A DNA stretch of 64,000 nt. It comes from an uncultured delta proteobacterium. Lineage in GTDB: Bacteria > Myxococcota_A > Polyangia > Polyangiales > Polyangiaceae. Shown one piece after another: positions 41,592 to 51,723 of this stretch. The DNA lies in contig CAVQUB010000001.1 in the NCBI GenBank assembly GCA_963716725.1, positions 64,001 through 128,000 of the forward strand, in the 5' to 3' direction. Each line of letters opens with the position of its first letter. Positions within the stretch are counted from its first letter, which is position 1. The notes beneath the pieces were generated by a model that was given only the letters and a program-made list of their open reading frames with translations, had not been told where the DNA came from and made no database searches. Both the position numbers and the translations under genes were made by a program.

Positions 41592-42770
41592 TCAGAAGCT
41601 GATCACGTTGTTGTTGCCGTTGGCCGGGTCGTACACGACGACTGCGCCATCGATGACCAGGACCAGGGCCGCCAAGGTTGGATGCGAAAAAACGAGCTGC
41701 CGCGTCTTGGGCTCCGTGCGCGCCGGGCCCGTGTCTTTCGCCAAAACCCGTCGCTGCCCGGTCGCGCGGCTAACCTCGACGAGACGGAAAGCGTTGAGTA
41801 GTTCACCACCCGCGCCAAACGCGAACGAGTCGTTCACGGCCAAGTGCGCGCTACCGATGGGATTGCCCTCGAAGGCCGGCAGCTTCGCCGTGGATGCAGA
41901 AACGACCATCGATTTGCCGCTGGTTGTGTTGAAGGTGACCAGGTTGCTGCCGAACTGATCGACCAACCACAACTCCCCAGCCTGCCAGTGGATACTCTCC
42001 ACGCTCGCTTCCATGGGCACCTGGCCAACCAACTCGCATTGCTCACCAAAGATGCGCACGATCCACTCGGCTTGTATGTTCTGGCCGATGACGTAGGCAC
42101 TGCTGTCCGGAAGCACCGCGGGGCGTGCGGTTGACTGCACTTGGAGCGCGTCCGGCAGCACCTGAACGCATTTGTCCCCGATCGACCGTGTGGTCCGGTT
42201 TCCGCTGCCAGCTTCAACGTCTAGCACGAAGCCAGAAAATCCCTTGAATGGAGGAAGCAGCAACGCGAACACGTTCCCAGAGCTGCTCACGCCGACGCCC
42301 GAGAAGCCAAAGAAGCCGTCCCCCTCACCCTGGCCGGCGAAGCTTCCTCCTGGGGTGCGCAGCGAGCCACTGATCAGTCGACGCTGCCCGGTTTCGAGAT
42401 CCACGCCCACGATCCCGCCCTCGCCGCCGGAGCCATCACGCCGAACGCCAATGAGCAGTTCTTGGCCGTGAATCGCGCCACCGACGACGTCGAGTCGCAT
42501 CTCTCCGAACTCGCTGCGCCAGTCAATGACCAGGCCCTCGCCGATCGTGCCCGGCTGCAGCGTATCCACTGTTCGGCACCGGTCGTTGGTGCTGTGTACT
42601 GGGTCCATGCACGGCACGAGCGTCGGGGCAGGAAGCGCACCGGCACCGAGTCCTGCGTCCAAGGGGCCGCCGCTGGACTGGCCGCTGTCCACGAACACCG
42701 AGCATGCTTCCCCAAATAGGGCAGCCGCGGCTGTCATCGTGGCGAGATGCGCGAGCAAACGGCGTGACAT
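41592..42770 (-). CDS. beta-rich (propeller-like) lipoprotein
   Basis: LFGEAC lipobox; shares VIxW..VGG..ELL..VR..G..GVDLxTGQR with the downstream paralog. Confidence 0.75.
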   Translation of the reverse strand: MSRRLLAHLATMTAAAALFGEACSVFVDSGQSSGGPLDAGLGAGALPAPTLVPCMDPVHSTNDRCRTVDTLQPGTIGEGLVIDWRSEFGEMRLDVVGGAIHGQELLIGVRRDGSGGEGGIVGVDLETGQRRLISGSLRTPGGSFAGQGEGDGFFGFSGVGVSSSGNVFALLLPPFKGFSGFVLDVEAGSGNRTTRSIGDKCVQVLPDALQVQSTARPAVLPDSSAYVIGQNIQAEWIVRIFGEQCELVGQVPMEASVESIHWQAGELWLVDQFGSNLVTFNTTSGKSMVVSASTAKLPAFEGNPIGSAHLAVNDSFAFGAGGELLNAFRLVEVSRATGQRRVLAKDTGPARTEPKTRQLVFSHPTLAALVLVIDGAVVVYDPANGNNNVISF

Positions 42771-42989
42771 GTTCAAGCGAGCGTTGCGTGAGGCCACCGC
42801 AGAGTCTGCCGTCGAAGCTCGGGTTGGTCCAGTCGCAGAGCAGACTTCGTGCGGAGGCGGGTCTGCGCCCGGGGACGATTGGATTCGCGCCGAGATCCGC
42901 CAGATCCCGGAACGTGCCGGCCCGCGGGCGGCGGGATCCCGCAGATCCCGCCGTGGATGCGCGCGCGCGGGATCCCGCGGGGTTCTCCG

Positions 42990-43005
42990 CGGCACAGGCC
43001 TTGCT
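42990..43005 (+). promoter_or_regulatory. putative sigma54 promoter
   Basis: CGGCACAGGCCTTGCT, near-consensus -24/-12, 58 bp upstream of the ATG at 43063. Confidence 0.75.
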
Positions 43006-43062
43006 CAGGGGTGGCGCACATCGCGACGCGCACGCAGTGCGTCGCCCAGCGAGGAACCGCTT

Positions 43063-44601
43063 ATGAAGCATCGTAGTCGCCACGTCCGTTCACTTCTGCT
43101 CAGTGCCCTTGGTTTGCCAGTGTTGGTTTTCGCCTGCGCCAGCGATGACACCGGCGCCGGCAGGCCTTCAGTGGCACAGACCCCCGGCCAGCAGCTGTGC
43201 GATTCGTTGAAGAAGAACATCACAGCCTGCGGCGCCAGCACCCCTTGCGACGACGCTTTGGTGCGCGATTGCGCCAGCGTCGTGGACATGATGAGCGAGA
43301 ACTATCTGTTCACGACGAAGGGGTGTTTGGAAAGCGGCGGCAGCCCGGCCTCCTGTTTGGCTTCGTCGTTCAAAGGGCTGACGCCGAGTCAGGCACATCA
43401 GAGCTTCGCAAAGACGTTTTGTGGCGAATGCCTTGGCGGAGTCGTGCCCGCGTGTGACGCTCTGTTCTTCGGGCAGGGCGGAAGCATCCCCGACGAACTG
43501 AAAGTTGCGGGAGCGCTGATCTTGCCGCTGGGTGATGGCTTGGTCAGCCAAATCGAAAGTGAGTGCGCCAGGAAGAACCCGCTGACATGCGCGGCGCAGT
43601 TCTCGAGTTGCGCGCAAGGCGTGCTGGCCACTCAAGCGCTGCCCCAAGATACCCTCGCATGTCTCGTCGACGGACTCGTCAACGGCGATACCAGCGGGAA
43701 GACCTGTTCAGGCACCGGCGGCGCCGGAGGCGCATCCGGCTTTGGGGGCACGTCCGGATCGGGCGGCATGTCCGGCGGAGGCGGCGTTGGCACCGGCGGT
43801 TCGGGCACGGGTGGCGTTGGCACCGGTGGCATCGGCGGTTCGGGCACGGGTGGCGTTGGCACCGGTGGCATCGGCGGTTCGGGCACGGGTGGCGTTGGCA
43901 GCGGTGGCATCGGCGGTTCGGGCACGGGTGGCGTTGGCAGCGGTGGCATCGGCGGTTCGGGCACGGGTGGCGGTGGCGTCGGCGGCACCGGCGGCGGGGC
44001 CGGAAACTGCAGCAACGTGAGCGCGTTCAGCTGCGGCGCGTCCGACAAGTATTGCGACGCCGGGAGTTGTTCCAAGTGCGCCAGCGGCAAGCTGAACTGC
44101 AACGGAGTGGCCGGCTGCGAATGCGCCGGAACCTGCAACGGGACGTCGTGCTCCACGTGTACGGATCCAGGACCCGAACCCAACAACAGCATCGCGCAGG
44201 CTTCGCCCGCTTGCGCCAAGGCACCGTGCAATACGCTCGATTGCAATGCCCTGGGCGGCGGCAGCATAGCCGGGGTGGTCAAGCCAGGGGACACGGACTT
44301 CTTCACCTACAACGGCATCGACGACTTGTGCGAAGCCGCGCCTTCGGTCAGCACTCAATCGAGCGGAGTCAAGGCGTGCGTGTTTGCCAAGTGCAAGAAC
44401 GGCGCGAGCGCATTCAAGAGCTGCGCAAAGGGCCTGACGGAAAGTGAAGGCGCCCTCAAAGGCTGCTGCACATCGAAGCCGGGCGAAGCCAAGATGAATA
44501 TCGATTGTCCAGGATTGAACGATTCCGCGACGGTGTACATGCGTGTCACCGGCACGAATGCCAACGCTTGCACGGCATACGACTTGACGTACGACTTCTA
44601 G
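43063..44601 (+). CDS. Cys-rich lipoprotein with Gly-rich repeat linker
   Basis: LVFAC lipobox; two Cys-rich domains separated by 39-bp GGSGTGGVG(T/S)GGI repeats (about 43790-43975). Confidence 0.85.
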   Translation: MKHRSRHVRSLLLSALGLPVLVFACASDDTGAGRPSVAQTPGQQLCDSLKKNITACGASTPCDDALVRDCASVVDMMSENYLFTTKGCLESGGSPASCLASSFKGLTPSQAHQSFAKTFCGECLGGVVPACDALFFGQGGSIPDELKVAGALILPLGDGLVSQIESECARKNPLTCAAQFSSCAQGVLATQALPQDTLACLVDGLVNGDTSGKTCSGTGGAGGASGFGGTSGSGGMSGGGGVGTGGSGTGGVGTGGIGGSGTGGVGTGGIGGSGTGGVGSGGIGGSGTGGVGSGGIGGSGTGGGGVGGTGGGAGNCSNVSAFSCGASDKYCDAGSCSKCASGKLNCNGVAGCECAGTCNGTSCSTCTDPGPEPNNSIAQASPACAKAPCNTLDCNALGGGSIAGVVKPGDTDFFTYNGIDDLCEAAPSVSTQSSGVKACVFAKCKNGASAFKSCAKGLTESEGALKGCCTSKPGEAKMNIDCPGLNDSATVYMRVTGTNANACTAYDLTYDF

Positions 44602-44660
44602 ACGAACTCAAGGCGCGCGGGTCGCGATCTCATGCGGCCCGCGCTGCGAGTCGGCAACGG

Positions 44661-45938
44661 TCACTTCGTCTGCTGGAAGACGCCGCCGTTACCACCCATC
44701 TGAATGAAGTAGACGTGGGTCGCGTCGACTTCGACGGCTTTCGAGTTGGCGAGCCCGGTCACCAGCGCCGCCGCGCCGCCGCCGCCGATCGCCGCGCGCT
44801 TCACCGATACGTAGTCGGTCCAGTAGACGTGAACTCCGTCCGTGACGAGATCGGCAACGCCGCTCGCTGCGCTCACTTCGCTCGGACTGCCGCCGGTCGT
44901 GGGCAGCTTGCGAATCGTACTCTTCGACGTATCGGCGAAGTACACGACGCCGGCCTGGGTGGCGATGGGGCCCGGTGCATTGGTCGAGACGAGGAGCGAG
45001 ACGAGTGCGCCGCCGGTGGTGGGCAGTCTCGAGATCGACGTGGGGTTCGACTTTCCGGCCGCAACTCCAGTCGCTAGGAAGAGGTCGGTGCCCTCGATGG
45101 CCAATGACGATGGAGCCGCGAGGTTGCCCGCGAGCACGGTGAGCGCGCCGCCTCCCTTTGATACACTCACCACCCGGGAGCCCGAAGTATCGCTCACGTA
45201 CGCGTTGGACGTGTCGAGGACCACGCGGCTCGGCAGGGTGAGCCCGGCGGCTACCGTCGCGACCACTCCCCCTCCGATGGAGACGCGGCGCAACTCGTTG
45301 CTCGCCTGGCTGAGCCAGTAAACATGCGTCGCATCCACTGCCACGCTCACGGGTTCCGCCTCGCCGGTCGCCAACGTCGTGGTCACTCCACCCGCCAGCG
45401 GCAGCGACTTCACTTCGCCCGCTGCGTTGATCACGTAGGCATTGCTGGCGTCGATGGCGAGGTCGACGAGCTCCGACTCGAACCCCGAGATCTTCGTGGC
45501 GCCCCCAGCACCACCCCCGATCCCGCCAGATCCACCCGTGCCACCCGCGCCGCCCGCGCCACCCGCGCCACCCGCGCCGCCCGCGCCACCCGCGCCACCC
45601 GCGCCGCCCGCGCCACCCGCGCCACCCGCGCCGCCCGCGCCACCCGCGCCACCCGCGCCGCCGCTGCCACCCGCGCCGCCGCTGCCACCCGCGCCGCCCG
45701 CGCCGCCGCTGCCACCCGCGCCGCCCGCGCCACCGCTGCCGCCCGCGCCACCGCTGCCGCCCGCGCCACCGCTGCCGCCGACGCCACCGCTGCCGCCGCC
45801 CAGGGAGGCATCCGGTGATCCTCCGTCCGGGTTCGCGAACTCGGATTTGTCGAGGGTGGGCGGTTCGGTCTCTATGCTGACGCACGCGCCGACCATCAGT
45901 CCGAGCAGCACCGGAAACCAGCTCTCGCTCGAGCGCAT
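44661..45938 (-). CDS. lipoprotein with Gly-rich linker and beta-propeller (DUF5050-like) repeats
   Basis: LMVGAC lipobox, (GGA/GGS)n, repeated VAVDATHVYW-type units; TGATG coupling with the upstream gene. Confidence 0.85.
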   Translation of the reverse strand: MRSSESWFPVLLGLMVGACVSIETEPPTLDKSEFANPDGGSPDASLGGGSGGVGGSGGAGGSGGAGGSGGAGGAGGSGGAGGAGGSGGAGGSGGAGGAGGAGGAGGAGGAGGAGGAGGAGGAGGAGGAGGAGGTGGSGGIGGGAGGATKISGFESELVDLAIDASNAYVINAAGEVKSLPLAGGVTTTLATGEAEPVSVAVDATHVYWLSQASNELRRVSIGGGVVATVAAGLTLPSRVVLDTSNAYVSDTSGSRVVSVSKGGGALTVLAGNLAAPSSLAIEGTDLFLATGVAAGKSNPTSISRLPTTGGALVSLLVSTNAPGPIATQAGVVYFADTSKSTIRKLPTTGGSPSEVSAASGVADLVTDGVHVYWTDYVSVKRAAIGGGGAAALVTGLANSKAVEVDATHVYFIQMGGNGGVFQQTK

Positions 45939-47167
45939 CACTTCGGTTCCTCCGGGCGATCGAGCGACGCCGTGTAGAACGCCAGATACCCCGCCCAAGA
46001 CCAGTAGGCGTAGAGGCCGAGTCTCGACGGCTCGAGCGCTCCCAGCAAGTAGCTCTCTCCGAAGTTTCGACAGGCGCCCCGAGATCGGCACGGAGTGCAC
46101 GCGGAGGCGAACTGGTCGAAATCATCGGCGCCCGCGAGGCGCGCAGAGCAGCTCAGGGGCACTCGGTATCGTTCGTCGTCGATGTTCGGAGTGAACGCCG
46201 ACATCACCGCCGCCCCCAGCGTGACGCCCAGGTGATCGAATCGAGGCGAAGTCGCCGAGGGCGCGGGCGGAGTGCGGGCCACGAAGGCGCCGGAGCCTTC
46301 GGCGTCCCACGACAGGACTCGACCGTCCAGAGCTTCGAACCAGAAAACCCCGTCGTCGGCGCGGCGCGCTCGGCGAATCGGAACTGCTCCGCCCAGGTTC
46401 ACCGATGCGACGACACCATCCGTGCCGAACCGCGAAAGCGCGTCGTTGCTCTGCACGACGGCGACGAACTGCCCGTCGCTCGCTTCTTCCGCGAAGACCA
46501 CTGGCCCTTGGACGCCAGCGGGAGGCGCGAGGGTCGAGCTGCCGCTCGAGGTCGACGTCGCGACCTGCCACGAGTCCAGCTGCACGTCAGCGGCCTCGAA
46601 GCGCGCCGCGACGTAGTGGCCAGGACGAGAGGAACGGCCCAGCGTTGCACCGCAGTGAGCGAGCGGGACCGAGTGCGCGCGAAGCACGCCATTGGGCAGA
46701 CCGAAGGCCTCGGCGCTCGGACACTGGAGGACCCATCCGGTATCGATGCCATCCACGGCCACGGTCGTGAGCGTCTTGCCCGGCGTCCGCGGGTCGAAGC
46801 TGAACGCGCTCGCCTCCGGGGGCCGCTCGTGACGGGTCACCGCGCCCTCGCCGTCGACGGTGAACCACAGCTCCGCCGACTGCATCGACTCCGTGGGGTC
46901 GGCGGTCGTTGCGAAGAACCCGTGTACCAACAGCTGCCCGCCAACGCTTCGCGCAGCGCTCGTCGCGATCGTATCGATGAACGAGTCGCCCGCGTGCAGG
47001 CGCCCGATGATGCGCTTGAACAGCATCACCTTCGTGGCGCTCGGGTCGAGCGCGGCTTCGACCTGGAGCGAGTAGACAAGCCCGGTGTCGAGCACCACCG
47101 GCGGCGCATCGGCCTTGCCACACGCGGCCAACAGCATCACCGTCGAGAGCGAGAACATTTGCCTCAC
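45938..47167 (-). CDS. hypothetical lipoprotein
   Basis: VMLLAAC lipobox; overlaps both neighbours. Confidence 0.7.
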   Translation of the reverse strand: MRQMFSLSTVMLLAACGKADAPPVVLDTGLVYSLQVEAALDPSATKVMLFKRIIGRLHAGDSFIDTIATSAARSVGGQLLVHGFFATTADPTESMQSAELWFTVDGEGAVTRHERPPEASAFSFDPRTPGKTLTTVAVDGIDTGWVLQCPSAEAFGLPNGVLRAHSVPLAHCGATLGRSSRPGHYVAARFEAADVQLDSWQVATSTSSGSSTLAPPAGVQGPVVFAEEASDGQFVAVVQSNDALSRFGTDGVVASVNLGGAVPIRRARRADDGVFWFEALDGRVLSWDAEGSGAFVARTPPAPSATSPRFDHLGVTLGAAVMSAFTPNIDDERYRVPLSCSARLAGADDFDQFASACTPCRSRGACRNFGESYLLGALEPSRLGLYAYWSWAGYLAFYTASLDRPEEPK

Positions 47168-48456
47168 GATCGATCGCCTCCCTTCCCGAGCTCCGCAACG
47201 GTCCGGACGAGTGGCACCAGAGGGCGGCTCGTCTCGGGGTAACCCAGGATGGCTTGGATGCCGAACACGTGGGCGTTCGGGATCGGAAAGAAGGTCGCGG
47301 TGTCCGGTGTGTTGTAGCTGTACGAAACACCGAAGCCCAAAGGAGCGGTGAACAGGCCCGCCGCAATCTGATTCACGGCGTTATACAGAACATAGCTGTC
47401 CCACGCGCCTTCGAGCCCACCCGATCGCCGATGAACGGTGCCCTTGGCCCCGACTCGCAGCCCGCTGGTCCCGATCCCGAACTCGTCGACGTAGCCCACC
47501 TCGGCTGCCATCAGGCGAAACTGGGGCGAGACCTCCTGAACGACGCGCCAGCGCAGCCCGCCTTGAAGCACGTCGTCGGCTCCGAGCTCTATCTGCCGGC
47601 TCGCGGGCAGCTCCGGCGATGCCGAGGCATTGGGTGAACGCGGCTCCGAGGCGCGCAGTCCACGGTGGTCTTCGATGGCTCGAAGCAATCGCAAGCCGAG
47701 GGTGGGGATGCCGACGGTCGAGACGATGCTCTCGGGCAGGTTCTGCAACGGCTGGAGGTTCAGGCGAACGGAGCGCAGCGTCTTCCTGCTCTCGCCCACC
47801 TCCGTCACCTCGTTCTCCCAAGCCAGCGACGCGAAGGCCCCGGTGCGCCCCTCGTAGGCGGAGAGCACGGTGAAGTCCGCGCCCGTGTCGGGGTACGCGA
47901 GCACGCCGGGGGCACCGGGCCGCAGGCCGTAGTCAGCCTCGCGATCGGTCTGGAAACTGCCCCAAGGATCGCGGCCCAGGGAGCCGGTGCCGAGGAGATC
48001 GGTTTGGGTCGCGTAAGTCAGCTGGACGTCGGCCACTGCGAGACCCACGAACCCGAAGATCTGCCCCCCGAGCGGAGGGTTGAAATTCTCGGTCGTCGTG
48101 AAGGCTGGGCCGGAGACCATGACGATGTCGTAGTTGGCCCCGGCGAACACGCCCAGCTCGGGGCTGCCCAGACCGAGGCCGATGTTGATTTGCTCGCGCG
48201 TCAGGTTGCCCCCGACGCGTTGCCCATCGTTGAGCTCGAAGCGTGCGAGCGCCCAGCGCGTCGTGCTGTTGACATAGCCGAGCAGCGCTCGCCGGGCGGC
48301 CTGCGCCTGCAAGAACGTCAGGTGATTGCTGACCACGTCGATGGATTCGCGCGCGGCGGCATCGACCTCTTGACCGGTGAGCACCGGCTGCGCCAGCGCC
48401 GGCGGGGCATGCAGTGCGCCGACGGCCACGAGCAGGGCGCAGGTTCGTCGACCCAT
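47164..48456 (-). CDS. exported hypothetical protein, possibly outer-membrane beta-barrel
   Basis: Signal peptide ending PPALA; many amphipathic beta-strands (LGVFAGANY, FGVSYSYN). Confidence 0.7.
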   Translation of the reverse strand: MGRRTCALLVAVGALHAPPALAQPVLTGQEVDAAARESIDVVSNHLTFLQAQAARRALLGYVNSTTRWALARFELNDGQRVGGNLTREQINIGLGLGSPELGVFAGANYDIVMVSGPAFTTTENFNPPLGGQIFGFVGLAVADVQLTYATQTDLLGTGSLGRDPWGSFQTDREADYGLRPGAPGVLAYPDTGADFTVLSAYEGRTGAFASLAWENEVTEVGESRKTLRSVRLNLQPLQNLPESIVSTVGIPTLGLRLLRAIEDHRGLRASEPRSPNASASPELPASRQIELGADDVLQGGLRWRVVQEVSPQFRLMAAEVGYVDEFGIGTSGLRVGAKGTVHRRSGGLEGAWDSYVLYNAVNQIAAGLFTAPLGFGVSYSYNTPDTATFFPIPNAHVFGIQAILGYPETSRPLVPLVRTVAELGKGGDRS

Positions 48457-48870
48457 TAGTGGTACGACCTCAATATCCGCTTCCGCGCCTCAATACCAGC
48501 AGCCGAATGGCAGCCACGTCACAGTCGGCTCAACCCTGTCCCCTAGGTGCGAACGGCACGACAATTCGCGCGAAGTTCGTCCGCCCGACACCGAACAAAA
48601 GCTCGGTCACACTCCTCGGACCCGCGCTGATGCCGGACGTGCGCCGCTTCTTCGCCCTCCTCGTCGCGCGCGCTCTCGGCCTCACGGGCAAACAGGCCCG
48701 CTCCGCCGACGACGCCGCGGACTGGGACCGCGCGCGCGTCGTGGCTGACCTCCGGGCGGGCAAGCCCCTGGTCGTGCACGTCACCGTGGCGCTCTGCTCG
48801 AATCGCCAAATCGATTGCGGCAGCGCCATCGCCGGATGGGAGCGCCTGAGCTTGGGCAAAGTCGATGACA

Positions 48871-49211
48871 CCCTGCGTCGGGCGCCGAATGGCGGACATC
48901 GCCGTGCACTTGGAGGAGCGCGTGCTGCCACGTGTCCCCATTCGCCATTGGATCTGCTCATTGCCCTGGTTGTCCCCGCTGCTCCGGTCCGATGCGACGC
49001 GTGCGCACGACGCGCTTCGCGATACTCGCAGGAGTGCTGGGCCGAGGTCGTCACGACGCGTGCTGCCATCACCCGCCTGCTCGCCGAGCACGACCATGGG
49101 AAGTCCCCGGCGGGCCGGCGGGGGATGAGACTCGGGCCGCGAGCGCCGCCGCCTCAACGCGTGAACCTTCGGGTGCCCGAGCAGCTCGTGATGGGGTTCG
49201 GGGAAGGGTGA
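48871..49211 (+). pseudogene. IS91-family transposase remnant (zinc-binding region + C-terminal tail)
   Basis: CVGRRMADIAVHLEERVLPRVPIRHWICSLPW, then EVVTTRAAITRLLAEH...GPRAPPP. Confidence 0.75.
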
Positions 49212-49376
49212 GGTTCCGTCGCGGGTCCCGCCGGGGCGGTGGTCCATGCGCGGTGGCGCTTTCTGCCTCGCAGTGACGGTCAGCAGCGTCAATCAGTGTT
49301 CAGCCAGCCACCCCGACCAGCCTCTCGACCTCCAACCGACACGCGCGTACCCTTGGGCTCCGTGGGTTTTGGCAGT

Positions 49377-49583
49377 TCGTTCTTCCACCACGGCGTCGGC
49401 GTCGGCATCGGCAACTCGCTGCACGCCGGCATGGTCATGGTCGCCGATGGCACCGAAGCTCGCGCCGAACGCCTCGATCGCGTCCTCACCGTCGACCCCG
49501 GCATCGGCGTGGCGCGGCATGCCGCTGCGGGTTACCCGGAAGCCATCGAGACTGCGGCTGCGAAGGGCGTACAGCTGCCCTGA
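49377..49583 (+). pseudogene. hutU: urocanate hydratase C-terminal fragment
   Basis: [52 protein letters not shown]. Confidence 0.88.
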
Positions 49584-50056
49584 CAAGGTCGCGCAACGCG
49601 GTCCACGCGTGGCGTTTGGCGCCCACAGCGACATTGACCACGTCAGAGCGCGCTTTTCGCAGCGAGCGGCGCTCGGTCAGCGCCGTCGGTCCTCAGGGCT
49701 CACTGACGGTGGCTTTCAACGGACAGGTCACCGGGTACATGAATTGCCCCGGAGGCGGCGGCCCAGTCAATGACACGTTCACGGGCACATACCCGGTCAA
49801 GCTCGGCGCGGCACCCGAGTGTCCCTGAGCTAGGGCTGCGGCATGCAAAGTCACCCGCGCACGGCAGAGGCCGGGATGGGTCACCCAATGCGCTGAGACG
49901 GCGCCGATGCCGAACATGCGTTGGCGATGTTCATGCCGACCGCGGCTGCTGTCATCAGGACCCGGAACGCCGCGCGCCGTCCGATCGCTCCGCACGTCAA
50001 CTTAGGCGGGCCGGCCGAGGAAGGCGCGGCTCCGCCCGAACGTAGACGGCAGGGCA

Positions 50057-50919
50057 ATGATGCGTTTCCTCGCCACCATCTCCTTGGCGTCGCTCGGTCT
50101 GCTGGCGGCGGAGGCCTGCAGCTCCTCCGGCAACACGGGCGGGGGCACGGTCGACGGGGGCGGTGGGGCAGCCGGCAGCGCCGCGGGCGGAATGGGCGGT
50201 TCGACGGCTGGGGCCGGCGGAATGGACGGTTCGGCTGCACGGCTGGGAGCGGGGGCGCGAGCGGGAGCGGCTCGGGTGGCATCGGCGGCTCGGGTGGCAT
50301 CGGCGGCTCGGGCGGCATCGGCGGCTCGGGTGGCATCGGCGGCTCGGGTGGCATCGGCGGCTCGGGCGGCATCGGCGGCTCGGGTGGCATCGGCGGCTCG
50401 GGTGGCATCGGCGGCTCGGGTGGCATCGGCGGCTCGGGTGGCATCGGCGGCTCGGGCGGCATCGGCGGCTCGGGTGGCATCGGCGGCTCGGGTGGCATCG
50501 GCGGCTCGGGCGGCATCGGCGGCTCGGGCGGCATCGGCGGCTCGGTGGCGTGTTCCGGCCAATGCCCCAGCCTGGTCCCGCCACAAACTGGCACCAGCGA
50601 CAACTGCACGCCGCCCCTCGACGGCGGCGCGACGGACTTCGACTGCTTGCACTGCGGCGCCCAAAGCTGCGGACCGCACTACGTGTACACGTGCACCGGC
50701 AACATGCCGCCGGCGATCTCCGGCTGTCAGCGCCTGTCGAGCACGCAGAATCGCTACTGCTGCTCGCAGCCCGTCTGCGTGCGCTACGATTCCCTCGATA
50801 GTTACTGCGTGAGCATCAAGAAGCCCCCGAAGTTCCGCTATTGCCACGCCAAAGCCTCTCCGCCGAGCGGCTGCGTGGCGGCGTCGGGGGTGTCGCAGGG
50901 CTTCTGCTGCGCGAGTTGA
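50057..50919 (+). CDS. Cys-rich lipoprotein with (GGIGGS)n linker; one frameshift near 50235
   Basis: MMRFLATISLASLGLLAAEAC in one frame; linker and Cys-rich domain in another. Confidence 0.8.
50269..50544 (+). repeat. 18-bp coding tandem repeat GGCGGCTCGGG(T/C)GGCATC, 15 copies
   Basis: ATC recurs every 18 bp from 50281 to 50533. Confidence 0.95.
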
Positions 50920-50987
50920 GCCGGACGCCCCACCGTCGACGAGCCCGCGGCTGCGCGCTAGCACTCGATCTCGAAAGGGAGTCCGAG

Positions 50988-51467
50988 ATGAAGCCCGTGA
51001 TCAACCTCGACGAACTCGAGCTCGAAGACGAGCCGGCCAAGGGCCACTTCCAGCAGAAGTTCGGCGTCATCAGTCCCAAGATCGGTGCGCAAAAGCTGGG
51101 CTACAACCTGACGATCTGCCCGCCCGGCAAGCGCGCCTGTCCGCTGCACAATCACCACATCAACGAGGAGATGTTCTTCATCCTCGAAGGAGAAGGGCTG
51201 CTCCGTTTTGGCGACCGCGAGGTCCCGTTACGAAAGCACGACGTGATCGCGTGCCCTCCGGGGAAACGCGACGTCGCGCACCAGATCATCAACACGGGCA
51301 GCGTGGACCTGAAGTACCTCGCGGTCAGCACGATGGAGCGCGGCGAGGTCGCGGAGTACCCGGACTCGGACAAGGTGGGGGTCTTCATCGGCGAGTATGG
51401 GAAGATGGATCTGCGCCTTTTGTTCCGGGCCAGCCAGGCCGTCGACTACGACGACGGCGAAGTCTGA
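50988..51467 (+). CDS. cupin domain protein
   Basis: IGAQKLGYN..PPGKRACPLHNHHINEEMFFILEG..AHQIINTG..EYPDSDK. Confidence 0.92.
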   Translation: MKPVINLDELELEDEPAKGHFQQKFGVISPKIGAQKLGYNLTICPPGKRACPLHNHHINEEMFFILEGEGLLRFGDREVPLRKHDVIACPPGKRDVAHQIINTGSVDLKYLAVSTMERGEVAEYPDSDKVGVFIGEYGKMDLRLLFRASQAVDYDDGEV

Positions 51468-51512
51468 CAGCGACCTCCTTGCGGCGCTCAATCCACCACC
51501 CGCGAACCGCGC

Positions 51513-51692
51513 CCACTGCGACCTGGACCACGTCGCAGCCCGATCGCAACACGTTCCGGCGTGGCGTTTGGCGTCCACAGCGACATCGGCCACGTCGCAA
51601 CACGTTCCGCCGCAGCGTCGTTCACGGCGACATCGGCCACGTCGCAGCCACGTCAGCGCGCGCTGCCCCGTGGCGTTTGGCGCTCACAGCAA
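51513..51692. repeat. cluster of degenerate REP-like repeats
   Basis: GCGAC(ATCGG/CTGGA)CCACGTCGCA three times and CGTGGCGTTTGGCG..CACAGC twice; a further copy lies at about 49608-49645. Confidence 0.7.
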
Positions 51693-51723
51693 CTCCCTCG
51701 GGCGTTCAGCTGCCCTGACCCCC

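Noticed and set aside
50269..50544. Tandem repeats here and at 1-130, 43790-43975, 45520-45800 and 56715-56900 as CRISPR arrays
   Set aside because: No unique spacers, unit lengths are multiples of 3, they encode Gly linkers inside lipoproteins, and no cas genes are present.
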